Below are positions 12,566 through 24,159 of a stretch of DNA of 64,000 nucleotides, piece by piece. A program made the position numbers and the translations under genes. The stretch's first letter is position 1, and the number at the start of each line of letters is the position of its first letter. The notes beneath the pieces are model-generated. The model was not told where the DNA came from. It did not search any database and was given only the letters and a program-made list of their open reading frames with translations. The DNA comes from Squalus acanthias (lineage: Eukaryota), in assembly GCA_030390025.1 (NCBI GenBank), contig CM059437.1, forward strand, positions 53,258,001-53,322,000, in the 5' to 3' direction.

Positions 12566-13489
12566 CTCTCCTCCTCTAGTTGGTGGTGGACTGGCTGGGC
12601 TGCTGGCAGCTCTTGGGTATCTGAAAGGAGAAAGGCACAAGGGTCAGGTTGTGGTGAGGGGAGGGGGCAAAACAAGATGTGCATGCTTGCACCATCAGCA
12701 GCTTGTAAGTGAGAAGAGATTGTGAGATGAGGGGGTAGTGGGATGTGAGAAGGATTAGTTATGCACATATCCTCATCAGCAATGCTTTCAACCTCGCTGG
12801 TTGCCATGGACTCAGTGACGGCCCCTCCAAATATCTCCAGCACAGTCACCTCGAGTGCAGTAAGGTTCAGCAGGCATGCTTCACCCCCGCCTGCCTGCTG
12901 CTGCTCACGTCTTTTGTGAGCCACCTTGGCCCGCAAGAGGAAGAGAAGTGTGTCAGTGAGTGTGGTGCAATGTGTTTGGGTGATTTCCCTGTCATGGTTG
13001 AATAGCTGACATTGTGTGAAAGGTGTGAGACATGGGTGTGAGGCTTGCCACAGTGGTAAGTGTGTGAGGATGAGATGAACCAATGATTGTGAGCTATGAG
13101 TCATGATTGCTGGAGATTGTTGGTAGGTGAGTGATGGGGGTGTGTGAGGTTAGTGGTGCAGTTGGTGGGATAAGGCATTTGAAGATGCATTCACTCATCT
13201 TGAGTCATTAAACTTCTTGCGGAACCAGATCCAGGTCCTCGAGGCAACACTGGAGGCAGTGACAGTTTGGGCTAGCTCCTCGCACTGACTTCTGGTGTTC
13301 TGTCCTGAAGTCCTTCTTCCCCCTGCGTGTAGAGGACCTGTCTATTTTTGTATACCTCCTGGACTAAGGCTTCTAGTGCCACATCTGAGAGGCGAGGTGC
13401 CCTTTCTCTTCCCTGTTGCGACATGGCTGCATCCACAGTGACAATGAGGTACTTCTGCAACAAAGCACCTCCCCTGCAATTTCACCCCT

Positions 13490-16400
13490 ATACCTCGGTT
13501 TATCAATGATCCGAGACTAAATTATAGAGGTGTCAAAACCTATCCTTTTTTGAGGTCCTCTGCTTCCTCATGAAGGTCGCTTCTCACTTGGATCCATGTT
13601 TTTTATGGAACCTGTAAAGTATGGCCTCCTTGGCTCCTACCTGCAGCTTGTAGCTGATTTGTACACAACGGTGGCCCCCTCTTTCCGATCATGGGGTCGG
13701 CACATACATGTCCAGACAGAGACAAGGCCTGTGCCTCCATTATCTTTGACAGGATATGCAGCCAGCAGGTGGTTTGACACGTTGGACCCCCTGGGACACA
13801 TCTCATTGTCTTGGCTGTGCTCTTTGATGTAGGAAAGATTTGAATATATTTTGTCTGTGTTTAAATTGTGAATTCTGGGAGATTCTCTCACTGCTAACTT
13901 ACCTAACGAAGGAGCGAACTGTTCCGAAAGCTTGTAAAATTAAATAAATCTGTTGGACTATAACCTGGTGTTGTGCGACTTCTCATTTTTGTCCATTATC
14001 TTTGTTTTTAGCCTCCCTACAAGCTTTCTTTCTTCAGCAGTTAATGGAGGCCTTGAATCCAACGACCATTCTAGCTGTAAAGAAATCCTAATTTAAGCAG
14101 CAGTCTCTTTACTAATTCTAATAAAGGAGACATAAAACTGTCGTCGACCAAACTTAATCTTAAATTGCAACCTAGCAAAGCTTTAATACTGAAAAATAAA
14201 AAAGGGAATTATATTTGAGAGTTAGTTAGTACACATTACTACATCTAGGAGTGATAATTGATTACAGTACAGATGGTGTCATGTCTCAAACTGGTCCTCC
14301 CTTCCTTCACCTGTGATAACAACATTCTTGTGGAAATCAGGCATCCTCCACGTGCCACCAGTTGACTTGAAGACCTGAAAGCAGTTTATTTTGAAGAACA
14401 GTCATTCCAGACAAAGCGTTAGTTATTTAAACCTTTCAAGCCTAGTCGCCCTAAATACTCTCCTAAGCCTACATTTTTACAGTCACTGCCTTAAGGGAGA
14501 GGAGCTACCTCCGACCCCTCACTCAATCTTATTTTTCATCCTTTTGCAGGAAGGCCACTAATGTTAGGTTGCTAGCGCACTGACCGAGTACATAGATTTC
14601 AAGCAACACATCATGATACAGACAAAGAAAATCATAATACATTGTACAGAAAGCTAAAGTTTACCATATAATCAAGAAATCATGGACTTATAAAATTCTC
14701 CAGCTCTTCCTTTACCCGTATCCATCTTGTGGATAACTCTTGCTAAGTATTATTTCTCCCTAACCTCAATTGTCCCAATTTCATTGTTCTATATCCCTCT
14801 TTACTTTAATTTTAATCCCTCTGACAGATATCAGCGTGTCTACCTCTATCCTGATTGTTTCATTAGTCGGTTTCTCTATGGAGTATGTGTCATTGCCTTG
14901 ATGATTTAAAAAGTTGTCTCCTGAGCCACATTAACCATTTCATGTCGTGCTGTTAAACTGTGCATGTCTGAGACCCGTTCTTCAGTGCAAATGCATTTCC
15001 GCATGCTAGTTGCCTCACACGCAACAAATCACATTTGCACACACACACATATATCATGCCACATGTGACATCCGATTCAAGCCATTCTTGGGCTTTCAGG
15101 TGATCTTATCAAAAGATCGGGGGTGTCTGTCTGGAGATCTATCCTTATATCCCCCTGTATGGTCCTGATGTCTAATGCAGTTTTTTTTTATTTCCATAGG
15201 CAATGACACCAACATCTCCAAGGAAAAGTTATCAATTAACTATTCTTAACTACATTTTCCTGACTTTCACTAGAATGTACATTAATACCAGATTGATATC
15301 TTTTGGCGAATTGTACCCAGGTGATTTATTCCAATTCATCTAAGAAAATTATTTTAGAAAAATTCCCATTTGGTGGTGTAATTTTCCAGTTTCGATATTA
15401 TATCCTCGATCACTTCCTCTCATTCAATTTTACACATTAATTACCATTTCATCTCATTCATGCGCCCTGGAGTAACTTTACTGTCCAATACAATATTATC
15501 ATAATATCTTTAAAACATAGATCAAACGTTCCGACTTGGTGCAAGTTATTATTACATATTATTTGTTTCTTTTACTTAACCAAACCTCTTCTTGGACCTT
15601 TATTTCCCAAAATATTGTGCCAAAGTGCATTTTATCATTTCAAAGTGATTCAAAATCCAAACAGCAGTATAGTTGGACTGACAGGTCTTGTCAATGTTCA
15701 AATGTATTTCCGCAAAAAACATTCTTCCTTGATACACAGGAACCACCGAGACTGCACTCCTTTCTTTTTGTTCAATGAAACATTTGATTATCCCCTTCAA
15801 CATCAGGTAAATTTTCCCTTCGCAAGTGCTTTTAACAGCAACTCATATCAATTTATCTTTTCAATTCCAATTTCAGAAATAAATGATGCCCAGGCCTGGT
15901 GAATTTACATTGGAGACAAAAGTTTGGAGCTAACTTTCATATCTCTCCCTCGCAAGCACCCTGTCTCAGAAGATAACAAATGACCCTTAATGGGTTAAGT
16001 TCGAGGCTTTGAAAGGCAAAATCTTAAGTCCAAAACGTCACCATTTGATGTCTGCCAATGTCTGCAGATAAGTTCTTAAATTCCTAAAACTGCTGGATCT
16101 CTTGCTGTGCCATCAACCTCCATGGTCCCCTGTTTATAAGAAAAGGAAAACAGAGAATCCATTGTGGCCCTGAGAGACCAAGGGTTAATTTGTCAATTCA
16201 TGAATTCCTTCTGTCACTGTGGGGAAATATCCACTTAAATTAAGAAACTTAAATTTACTAATGCCCATTATATAAATTTACAATCAGCAATACAAAAGTT
16301 GTTGCTTGGTTAATTAATGAGAACATCTGTCAGTGGAAAGGGTTAACGCCTTTGTAGGCTTATAAGAAGGTGATCAAAATATCGTCAGACGCAGTTTCAT

Positions 16401-17050
16401 CGCTTTACATAATAAAATATTTTAAACGTTCCCAATCGAAAAAGAACCAAACATCATCTTACTTCTTTTTCCAAGTCGTTGTATCTTTTAAAATTTGCAC
16501 AAAATTTTGTTTTTATCCTTAGGAATTGAAAATCTGTTAAATCAGCAGAAATCATTAGAAGCACCACTATTAACGTTGAACGTTCTGTGAAGCAGATCTG
16601 TAGTACATTCCAACCACAAGATGTCTTCAGACCGTTATCATACTGCTCGATAACAGTAGCATTCCCCCTTTTTTTGTTATTGGTCACACATTCCAGTACC
16701 ACCAAGATGATTAAACAATCAGAATCACCTCAAATCATTGAGTCCATGACATTGGTCAGAAATTCAAAATTGCCAATTGTTTAATGATAATCTCATGTCC
16801 GGAGCTAGAGACTTTCGCACAATTTACAACAATCAGAATTTCATTATGGCCACAAAGAAAGTCGGGTTTTCACTATTTAATAGGTCAGTTAACCTCCATA
16901 GTTCCAATTTAATTCGGACCAATATTTTATTAACTAAAAACCCAATATAGAACAGATAAAAGTATCAAAATAGCACGTGCTTACAAAAAAAACCCAGTAA
17001 ACTACTTCATCTTTCTTTTTTCTTTCTTCAGGTGGCTTTCCAAATGACTG
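13490..17050 (-). mobile_element. Antisense internal region related to the LTR element at 153-6579
   Basis: Reverse complement of ~14990-15720 matches ~3400-4050 (e.g. AAGCCATTCTTGGGCTTTC), and 16815-16960 matches 3110-3240. Intervening parts not matched. Confidence 0.6.
13899..13996 (+). mobile_element. Short Penelope-like terminal fragment with degenerate hammerhead
   Basis: TTAC-CTAACGA-AGGAGCGAACTGTTCC-GAAAGCTT-GTAA...TGTTGGACTATAACCTGGTGTTGTGCGACTTCTC, same family as 17700-17900 and 61577-61684. Confidence 0.75.
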
Positions 17051-17149
17051 TAAAAAATATTGAATATAACTGAAAAAATAGTTTTTTTAGTGAAACAAAA
17101 TCTTTAACACTCTTACACAGAAGGGATAAAAAGGATGGACCGTCCCACA

Positions 17150-20100
17150 GCGTAACAAGATAGATGAGTTGACAGCACAAATAGAAATAAATGGGTATGA
17201 TCTGATACCCATAACAGGGACGTGGTTGCAAGGTGACCAAGGCTGGGAACTGAATATTCAGGATACTTGCCATTTCGTAAGGATAGGCAGAAAGGAAAAG
17301 GGCGTGGTGTCGCTCTGTTAATAAGGGATGAGATCAATGCAGTAATGAGAAATGATATTGGCCTAGAAGATCAAGACATAGAATCAGTTTGGGTGGAGAT
17401 AAGAAATAATATGGGTAAAAAGTCACTGGTGGGTGTGGTCTACAGGCCCCCAAAAAGTAGCCACACTGTAGCACAGAGAATAAATCAAGAAATAATAGAG
17501 GCTTGTAAGAAAGGTACGGCTATAATCATGGGAGATTTTAATCTTCATATTGATTGGACAAAGCAAATTGGCAAAGGTAGACTTGAAGAAGAGTTCTTAG
17601 AGTGTATTCAGGATGGTTTCTTGGATCAATATGTTGTGGAACCAACCAGGGAGAAGACTATTTTCGATCTGGTAATGTGTAACGAGGCTGGATTAATTAA
17701 GATGTGGAGATGCCAGTGTTGGACTGGGGTGGACAAATGTGAGAAGTCGCACAACACCAAGTTATAGTCCAACAGCTTTATTTGAAATCACAATCTTTCG
17801 GAGCACTGCTCCTTCGTCAGGTGACGAAGGAGCAGCGCTCCGAAAGCTTGTGATTTCAAATAAAGCTGTTGGACTATAACCTGGTGTTGTGCGACTTCTC
17901 GGATTAATTAGTGATCTGGAAGTGAAGGATCCTCTTGGGAAGAGTGATCATAGCATGGTAGAATTTCAAATTCAGTTTAAGGGTGAGAAAGCCAGGTCTC
18001 AAACTAGTGTCCTGAACTTAAACAAAGGTAATTACAAAGGTATGAAGGCAGACTTCGTTAAAGTACATTGAGAAAATATATTACAGGGTAAGACTGTAGA
18101 AAAGCAGTGGCAAACATTTAAGGAGATATTTCATAACTCTCAGCAAAGATATATTCCAGTGAGAAAGAAAGACTCTAAGAGAAGGAAGAACCATCCGTGG
18201 CTAACTAAGGAAGTGAAGGATGGTATCAAATTGAAAACAAAAGCATATAATGTTGCAAAGAATAGTGAAAGGCCAGAGGATTGGGAATTTTTTTTAAACC
18301 AGCAAAGAACGACTAAAAAAATTATTAAGAGAGAAGATAGCTTATGAGAGTAAGCTAGCAAGAAATATAAAAACAGACAGTAAGAGCTTCTACAGGTATA
18401 TAAAAAGGAAGAGAGTAGCTAAAGTAAAAGTTGGTACCCTAGAGGATGAGTCTGGGGAATTAATAATGGGAAACAGGGAAATGGCGGAGAATTTGAACAA
18501 ATATTTTGTATTGGTCTTCATGGTAGAAGACACTAAAAGCATCCCAATAATGAATAATCAAGGGGCTATTCGGGTGGGGGGGGGACTTAAAACAATCACT
18601 ATCACTAGAGAGAAAGTACTAGGCAAACTAATGGAACTAAAGGTGGACAAGTCCCCTGGACCCGATGGCCTGCAGCCTAGAGTCTGAAAAGAGGTGTCTG
18701 CAGAGATAGTGGATGCATTGGTTGTAATCTACCGACAGTCTCGGGATTCTGGAGAGGTCCCTGCGGACTGTAAAACCGCAAATGTAACGCCCCTATTTAA
18801 GAAAGGAGGGAGACAGAAAGCAGGCAACTATCGACCAGTTAGCCTAACATCTGTCATTGGGGAAATGCTGGAGTCCATCATTAAGGAAGTGATAGCAGGA
18901 CATTTAGAAAATTATAATATAGTCAAGCAGAGTCAGCATGGTTTTATGAAAGGGAAATCATGTTTGACAAATTTGCTGGAATTCTTTGAGGATGTAATGA
19001 GCAGGGTGGATAAAAGGGAACCAGTAGATGTTGTGTATTTGGATTTCCAGATGGCATTCGATAAGGTGCCACATAAAAGGTTACTACACAAGATAAGAGC
19101 TCACGGAGTTGAGGGTATTATATTAGCATGGATAGAGGATTGGCTAACTAACAGAAAACAGAGAGTCGGGGTAAATGGGTCATTTTCAGGTTGGCAAACT
19201 GTAACTAGTGGGGTACTGCAGGGATCAGTGCTGGTGCCTCAACTATTTACAATCTATATTAATGACTTGGATGAAGGGACTGAGTGTAATGCAGCCAAAT
19301 TTGCTGATGATACAAAGATAGGTGGGAAAGCAAATTGTGTGGAGGACAGAAAGAATCTCCAAAGGGATATAGATAGGCTAAGTGAGTGGGCAAATATCTG
19401 GCAGATGGAGTTTAATGTGGGAAAAATGCGAGGTTATCCACTTTGGTAGGAAAAATAAAAAAGTAAATTATTATTTAAATGGGGAGAGATTACAAAATGC
19501 TGAGGTAGAGAGGGATCTGGGGGATCTTGTACATGAATCACAAAACGTTAGCATGCAGGTACAGCAAGTAATTAGGAAGGCAAATGGAATGTTGGCCTTT
19601 ATTGCAAAGGGAATGGAGTATAAAAGTAGGGAAGTCCTGTTACAACCGTGCAGGGCGTTGTTGAGACCACACCTGGAGTACTGTGTACAGTTTTGGTCTC
19701 CTTATTTAAGGAAGGATATACTTGCATTGGAGGCAGGTCAGAGAAGGTTCACGAGGTTGATTCCGGAGATGAAGGGGTTGTCTTGTGAGGAAAGGTTGAG
19801 CAGGTTGGGCCTATACTTATTGGAGTTTAGAAGAATGAGAGGGGATCTTATTGAAACATATAAGATTCTGAAGGGGCTTGACAGGGTAGATGCAGAGAGG
19901 ATGTTTCCCCTCGTGGGGGAATCTAGAACTAGGGGGCATAATTTCAGAATAAGGGGAAACTCTTTTAAATCGGAAATGAGGAGGAATTTCTTCTCTCAGA
20001 GGGTCCTGAATCTTTGGAATTCTCTTCCCCAGAGAGCTGTGGAGGCTGGGCCATTGAATATATTTAAGGTGGAGATGGACAGATTTTTGAACGATAACTG

Positions 20101-20230
20101 AGTCAAGGGTTATTGGGAGCAGGCTGGGAAGTGGAGTTGAGGCCAAGATCAGATCAGCCATGATCTTATTGAATGGCGGAGCAGGCTCGAGGGGCCAAAT
20201 GACCTACTCCTGCTCCTACGTCCTACGTCC
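17150..20230 (+). mobile_element. CR1 LINE, near-complete ORF2 (APE endonuclease plus RT), disrupted
   Basis: VGVVYRPP, IIMGDFN, SDH, YRPVSLTSV, QHGFMKGKSCLTNL, YLDFQ.AFDKV, KFADD, RPHLEYCVQFWSP. Microsatellite tail (TCCTACG/TCTTATG). Stops and frameshifts present. Confidence 0.95.
17700..17900. mobile_element. Palindromic Penelope-like short insert with hammerhead motif, inserted in the CR1
   Basis: About 80-bp inverted arms centred at ~17820. 10-bp TSD GGATTAATTA (17690-17699, 17901-17910). Minus strand CTGACGA-AGGAGCAGTGCTCC-GAAA. Confidence 0.85.
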
Positions 20231-21790
20231 TACGTCTTATGTTCTTATAAGATTTAGATTAGCAATGGAGAGGAGCAAGGAACAATCTAGAGTGGAACTT
20301 CTAAACTGGAATAGGGCTAACTTCAATGGGATGCGAAAGGATCTAGCCAGGGTAAAATGGAACCAAAGACAGACAGGAAATACTGTAACAGAACAATGGG
20401 TGATCTTTAAGGAGGAGATGTTCCAAGTACAGGCTAGGTACATTCCAACAAGAGGGAAGGGTAAGGGAACCAAAGCAAGGGCTCCTTGGATGACGAGGGA
20501 GATAGAGAAGATGATGAAACAATAAAAGATGGTGTATGATGCATGTCAGGTGAATTCTTCAAGGGAGAACCAGACCAAATACAATAAGTTGAGAGGGGAA
20601 GTGAAGATGAAAATAAGATTGGCAAAGAGAGAATATGAGAGTAGAATGGCGGTTAACATAAAAGGGAACCCAAAAATCTTCTACCGGCATGTAAACAGTA
20701 AACGGGTAGTAAGAGACGGGGTGGGGCCTATTAGCGACAAAGAAGGTGTTATATGCTTAGAGGCACAGGGCAAGGCTAGAATACTCAATGAGTACTTTGT
20801 ATCGGTGTTTACTAAGGAGGTGGATGCTGACAAAATAGCGGTAGCAGTGGAAAAGGTAGAAGCAATGGAAGGGGTGAAAATTTGCCAATGGCACCAAACT
20901 TGGGGGAGTGGCAAACAGTGAGGATGATACCAATCGACTGCAACGGGACATAGAAACGCTAGCAGAATGGGTAGACAAGTGGCAGATGGAATTTAATACA
21001 GAGAAGTGTGAGGTGATGCATTTTGGCAGAAGGAACAGGGAGAGGCAATATACACCTAATGGCACCGTTTTAAAGTGTGTGCAGGGACAGAGGGACCTGA
21101 GAGTTAATATGCATAGGCCCCTGTGGCAGGACATATTGAGAGAGTGGTTAGCAAAGCATATGGGATCTTGGGTTTCATAAATAGAGGAATTGAGCACAAA
21201 AGTAGAGGAGTTATGCTGAATCTTTATAAAGCGCTGGTTAGGCCACAACTGGAGTATTGCATCCAGTTCTGGTCACCACATTTTAGGAAGGATGTGAAGG
21301 CCCTTGAGAGGGTGCAGAGGAGATTTACCAGAATGGTTCCCGGGATGGGGGATCTTAGCTACAAGGACAGGTTGGAGAAGCTGGATTTGTTTTCATTAGA
21401 GCAAAGGAGGTTGAGGGGTGATTTGATAGAGGTGTACAAGATTATGATGGGTTTGGATAGGCTAGACGGGGAAAGGCTGTTGGCCACTAGTTGATGGTAC
21501 AAGGACTAGGGGACACAGATTTAAGGTTTTGGGCAAGAGATTCAGGGGGGATGTGAGGAGAAACTTTTTTATGCAGCGAGTGGTGAGAACCTGGAATTCG
21601 CTGCCGATGGAAGTGGTGGAAGCAGAGACACACTCAATGTTTTCAAGGGGCGACTGGATAGGCACTTGAGGAAATAAACTTGCAGGGCTACGGGGATAGA
21701 GCAGGGAAATGGGACTGACTGGATTGCTCTGCAAAGAACCGGCACGGACTCATTGGGCCGAATGGCCTCCTTCTGTGCCGTTATGACTCT
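20231..21790 (+). mobile_element. Second CR1 LINE, internally deleted
   Basis: LNWNRANF, ILNEYFVSVFT, then a jump to LQRDIETLAEW..WQMEFN and RPQLEYCIQFWSP, plus CR1 3' UTR. The central RT is missing near 20880. Confidence 0.9.
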
Positions 21791-23103
21791 ATGAGTACCA
21801 GATGGGGACATAAAAGGTGTTAAGGAGGGAATTCGAAAGCGTGCGGCTTGGGCGTCTGAAGGAACGGCTAGCAATGGTAGGAGGAGGTTACAAGATAGGG
21901 AGAGGCAAAGCCACGAAGTGATTTAAATTGCCCTGGAGAAGCTATTGTTACAGTTGCGATTCACGGTCTATACCAGTGGACCTTTTGAACCCTACTATCC
22001 AATTATGCAGCATGTGCAGAAAAATAGCTATTCCTGTTTGATGTGTCAAATAATTGACGCCAACCTAGTGGGCTAAATGGGGGTAATTTTGACTTGATGC
22101 GATAGTGTAACACGGGTGATTTCCATTGACTTCACACCCTGCCTGCTCCACTCTCTGTACCACTTAAATGTTCTAGTAAGCCATTCAGTCCTTGAACAAG
22201 CACTTGAATAGAACAACCTTAAAAGACTTGCCTGTAATCCCCATTGACTACTGCTAATTCCACCCCAGTAGTTGCGTCTCCCTGTGTAAACTTCATAATG
22301 TCATTTGAGGTAAGCGTTTTGTCTGTTGCATTCTGTGGAAACCGATTGTTATATTTTCAGTAATATTGTGTATTAAGAGTGTAGAGTTTTCAGTCCACAC
22401 CCTCAACCTCGTCATCAACATAGTACGCTGGAATAGTAACCCCGTAGGAGTTATGAAAAATACCGTAAATTAATTATGAATTCCTAAAGAACCATGTAAT
22501 TTCAAGTGCAAACCAAAAGAATTGTATCATTTATGTTGGCTCCGTTTAGGCACATGCAAAGTGTAGAATGTCATTGGACATTTAACTGGAGAATCCAATC
22601 CACAACTGCTCTGTAAGTGTGGATCAAATCCCCTACCGCAACAGAAGTCGCAATTCAAATGTGTTTTAAGTTCCTCCGTCATAATTCACCTAGTCCAGCA
22701 CTACGGGTCTCAGCCCTTCAACTTGCCCCGTAATATTCTTAATTGTAATCTAAACTGTTGATAGAATAGGGTGGTATTAGTGTTATATAGTTTTAGACGA
22801 GTGCGCAAAATTAGCGGCCCTCAATTAATCTAAGATTACTTAACTGGGACTTTATCTCATTTGACACTCTTTTAATACGATTCTGTTTACGCATTAGCTA
22901 TGTGGCATTTCATTTTACAGAAGGCAAATAAAAGCCAACCTGTAACACTGGAATCTATAATGTAGAACAATCTGAAAGCTCCAATGCTCTTGATAGTCTA
23001 ACCCCCTTGTCACTGAAAGACCAGCAACCTTCCTGACACAGCAATTGCATATTACTTGTCATCAGTTTAGATGGTCCAATTGAGTTTTGCCGTTTCATTA
23101 ACG

Positions 23104-23111
23104 ATTTGCAT
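23104..23111 (+). promoter_or_regulatory. Ig light-chain octamer ATTTGCAT
   Basis: Perfect octamer in light-chain orientation, 130 bp upstream of the leader ATG. Confidence 0.85.
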
Positions 23112-23149
23112 GGATGAGGAACACGCGGTAACGCCTCGTTCACACGGTT

Positions 23150-23156
23150 GATAAAA
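23150..23156 (+). promoter_or_regulatory. TATA-like element GATAAAA
   Basis: About 40 bp downstream of the octamer, at the expected position. Confidence 0.5.
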
Positions 23157-23233
23157 AGAGCTGAGGAAGCCAGGTCATCAATCCGTTTCACCTGGATACC
23201 ATCGACATTTCTGCTCTCATTTCATTCTTCACA

Positions 23234-23282
23234 ATGTCTGAGTGGCTCGCTGTTTTCACCGTGCTGATACTTTTTCTGTCAG
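23234..23282 (+). CDS. Ig light chain exon 1 (leader)
   Basis: MSEWLAVFTVLILFLS(G), hydrophobic signal peptide. Phase-1 donor G|GTAAAT followed by a 115-bp intron. Confidence 0.92.
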
Positions 23283-23397
23283 GTAAATATGTTGCCAACG
23301 TTACGTTCTTGGTTTAACTCGCTGTGAGTAACGCTTTATTGCACAGAATTAGTTAGTGACTGGAGTGTCCGAAGTTCACCCCTCTGTTCTTTCATAG

Positions 23398-23754
23398 GCT
23401 CAAACGCGCAAATAACATTAAACCAAACACGTTCTCTTTCTACTGCCCCGGGAGGAAACGTCGAAATAAGTTGTACATTGAACGGAGTCACCTTGGGAAA
23501 CGCTCATGTATTCTGGTACCAGCAAAAATCTGGGAATGTTCCTCGGTATATTTTGTACCATAAATCCGACACTGTAGACAGAGGCTCCGGTATTACAGAT
23601 CGATTCTCCGGAAGGAGTAACCCGTCAACCAACGCTGGCTATTTAACCATCAGTCCGGTACAATCGGAGGATGAGGCGAACTACTACTGCTCTGTGTGGG
23701 TTGGTTCCATCAGTGCGCTTATCTTTGGGACCGGGACCATGCTGACTATTCCGA
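23398..23754 (+). CDS. Ig light chain germline-joined VJ exon
   Basis: TTTCATAG| (G)SNA-QITLNQTRSLSTAPGGNVEISCTLNGVTLGNAHVFWYQQKSGNVPRYILYHKSDTVDRGSGITDRFSGRSNPSTNAGYLTISPVQSEDEANYYCSVWVGSISALIFGTGTMLTIP, then A|GTAAGT. Conserved Cys, WYQQ, YYC and FGxG in one open frame, with no RSS. Confidence 0.97.
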
Positions 23755-24159
23755 GTAAGTAACTTTACTTCCTGCTGTTACAGGAAGACTTCTTATTCAT
23801 AATTTCCTCCTCAAATCAATAAGGTTCTAAACATCGAAAATCAGATGTCACATATTTATGAAGTATACAGCACATGTACAATGGTACTTAAGCATACAGT
23901 TAAAAGGCAGTACATACAACAGTCAATGTTAATACCTTTCTCTTACACCCTCCATGCGACATTCAAATACCTAACCCATTTTACTGATTAATCCCCCTCT
24001 TCCTTTCTCCATTGGATTCTAATGATTTAATTGTTGTTATTGGAGTCTAAAAGGACGCAGCATCAATGTTTGTATGGTTAATACATATTCTACCCCTACA
24101 GTCAGAGTTGCTCTTTTTAAGAGGGGCCAGGCAACTAAAGCCTGTGATGTAGTATACAC

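Larger units (their letters stand above)
11540..13424 (-). pseudogene. Harbinger Myb/SANT-like DNA-binding protein pseudogene (spliced)
   Basis: MSQQGRERAPRLSDVALEALVQEV..LY and AKVAHKRREQQQAGGG..LTALE..VLEI segments typical of Harbinger Myb-like ORFs. Disrupted, and the 3' boundary is approximate. Confidence 0.7.
9673..13488. mobile_element. Decayed autonomous-type PIF/Harbinger transposon (transposase plus Myb/SANT-like gene, convergent)
   Basis: Imperfect TIR-like ends GGCCACGAAATTC / GCAATTTCACCCC. HARBI1-type transposase on +, Myb-like gene on -. Confidence 0.8.

Noticed and set aside
17267-20101. Active CR1 retrotransposon
   Set aside because: In-frame stops, frameshifts, a 201-bp insertion and no ORF1.
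23690-23800. RSS between V and J, or extra J segments
   Set aside because: No CACAGTG/ACAAAAACC pair is seen. V runs directly into FGTG and a splice donor.
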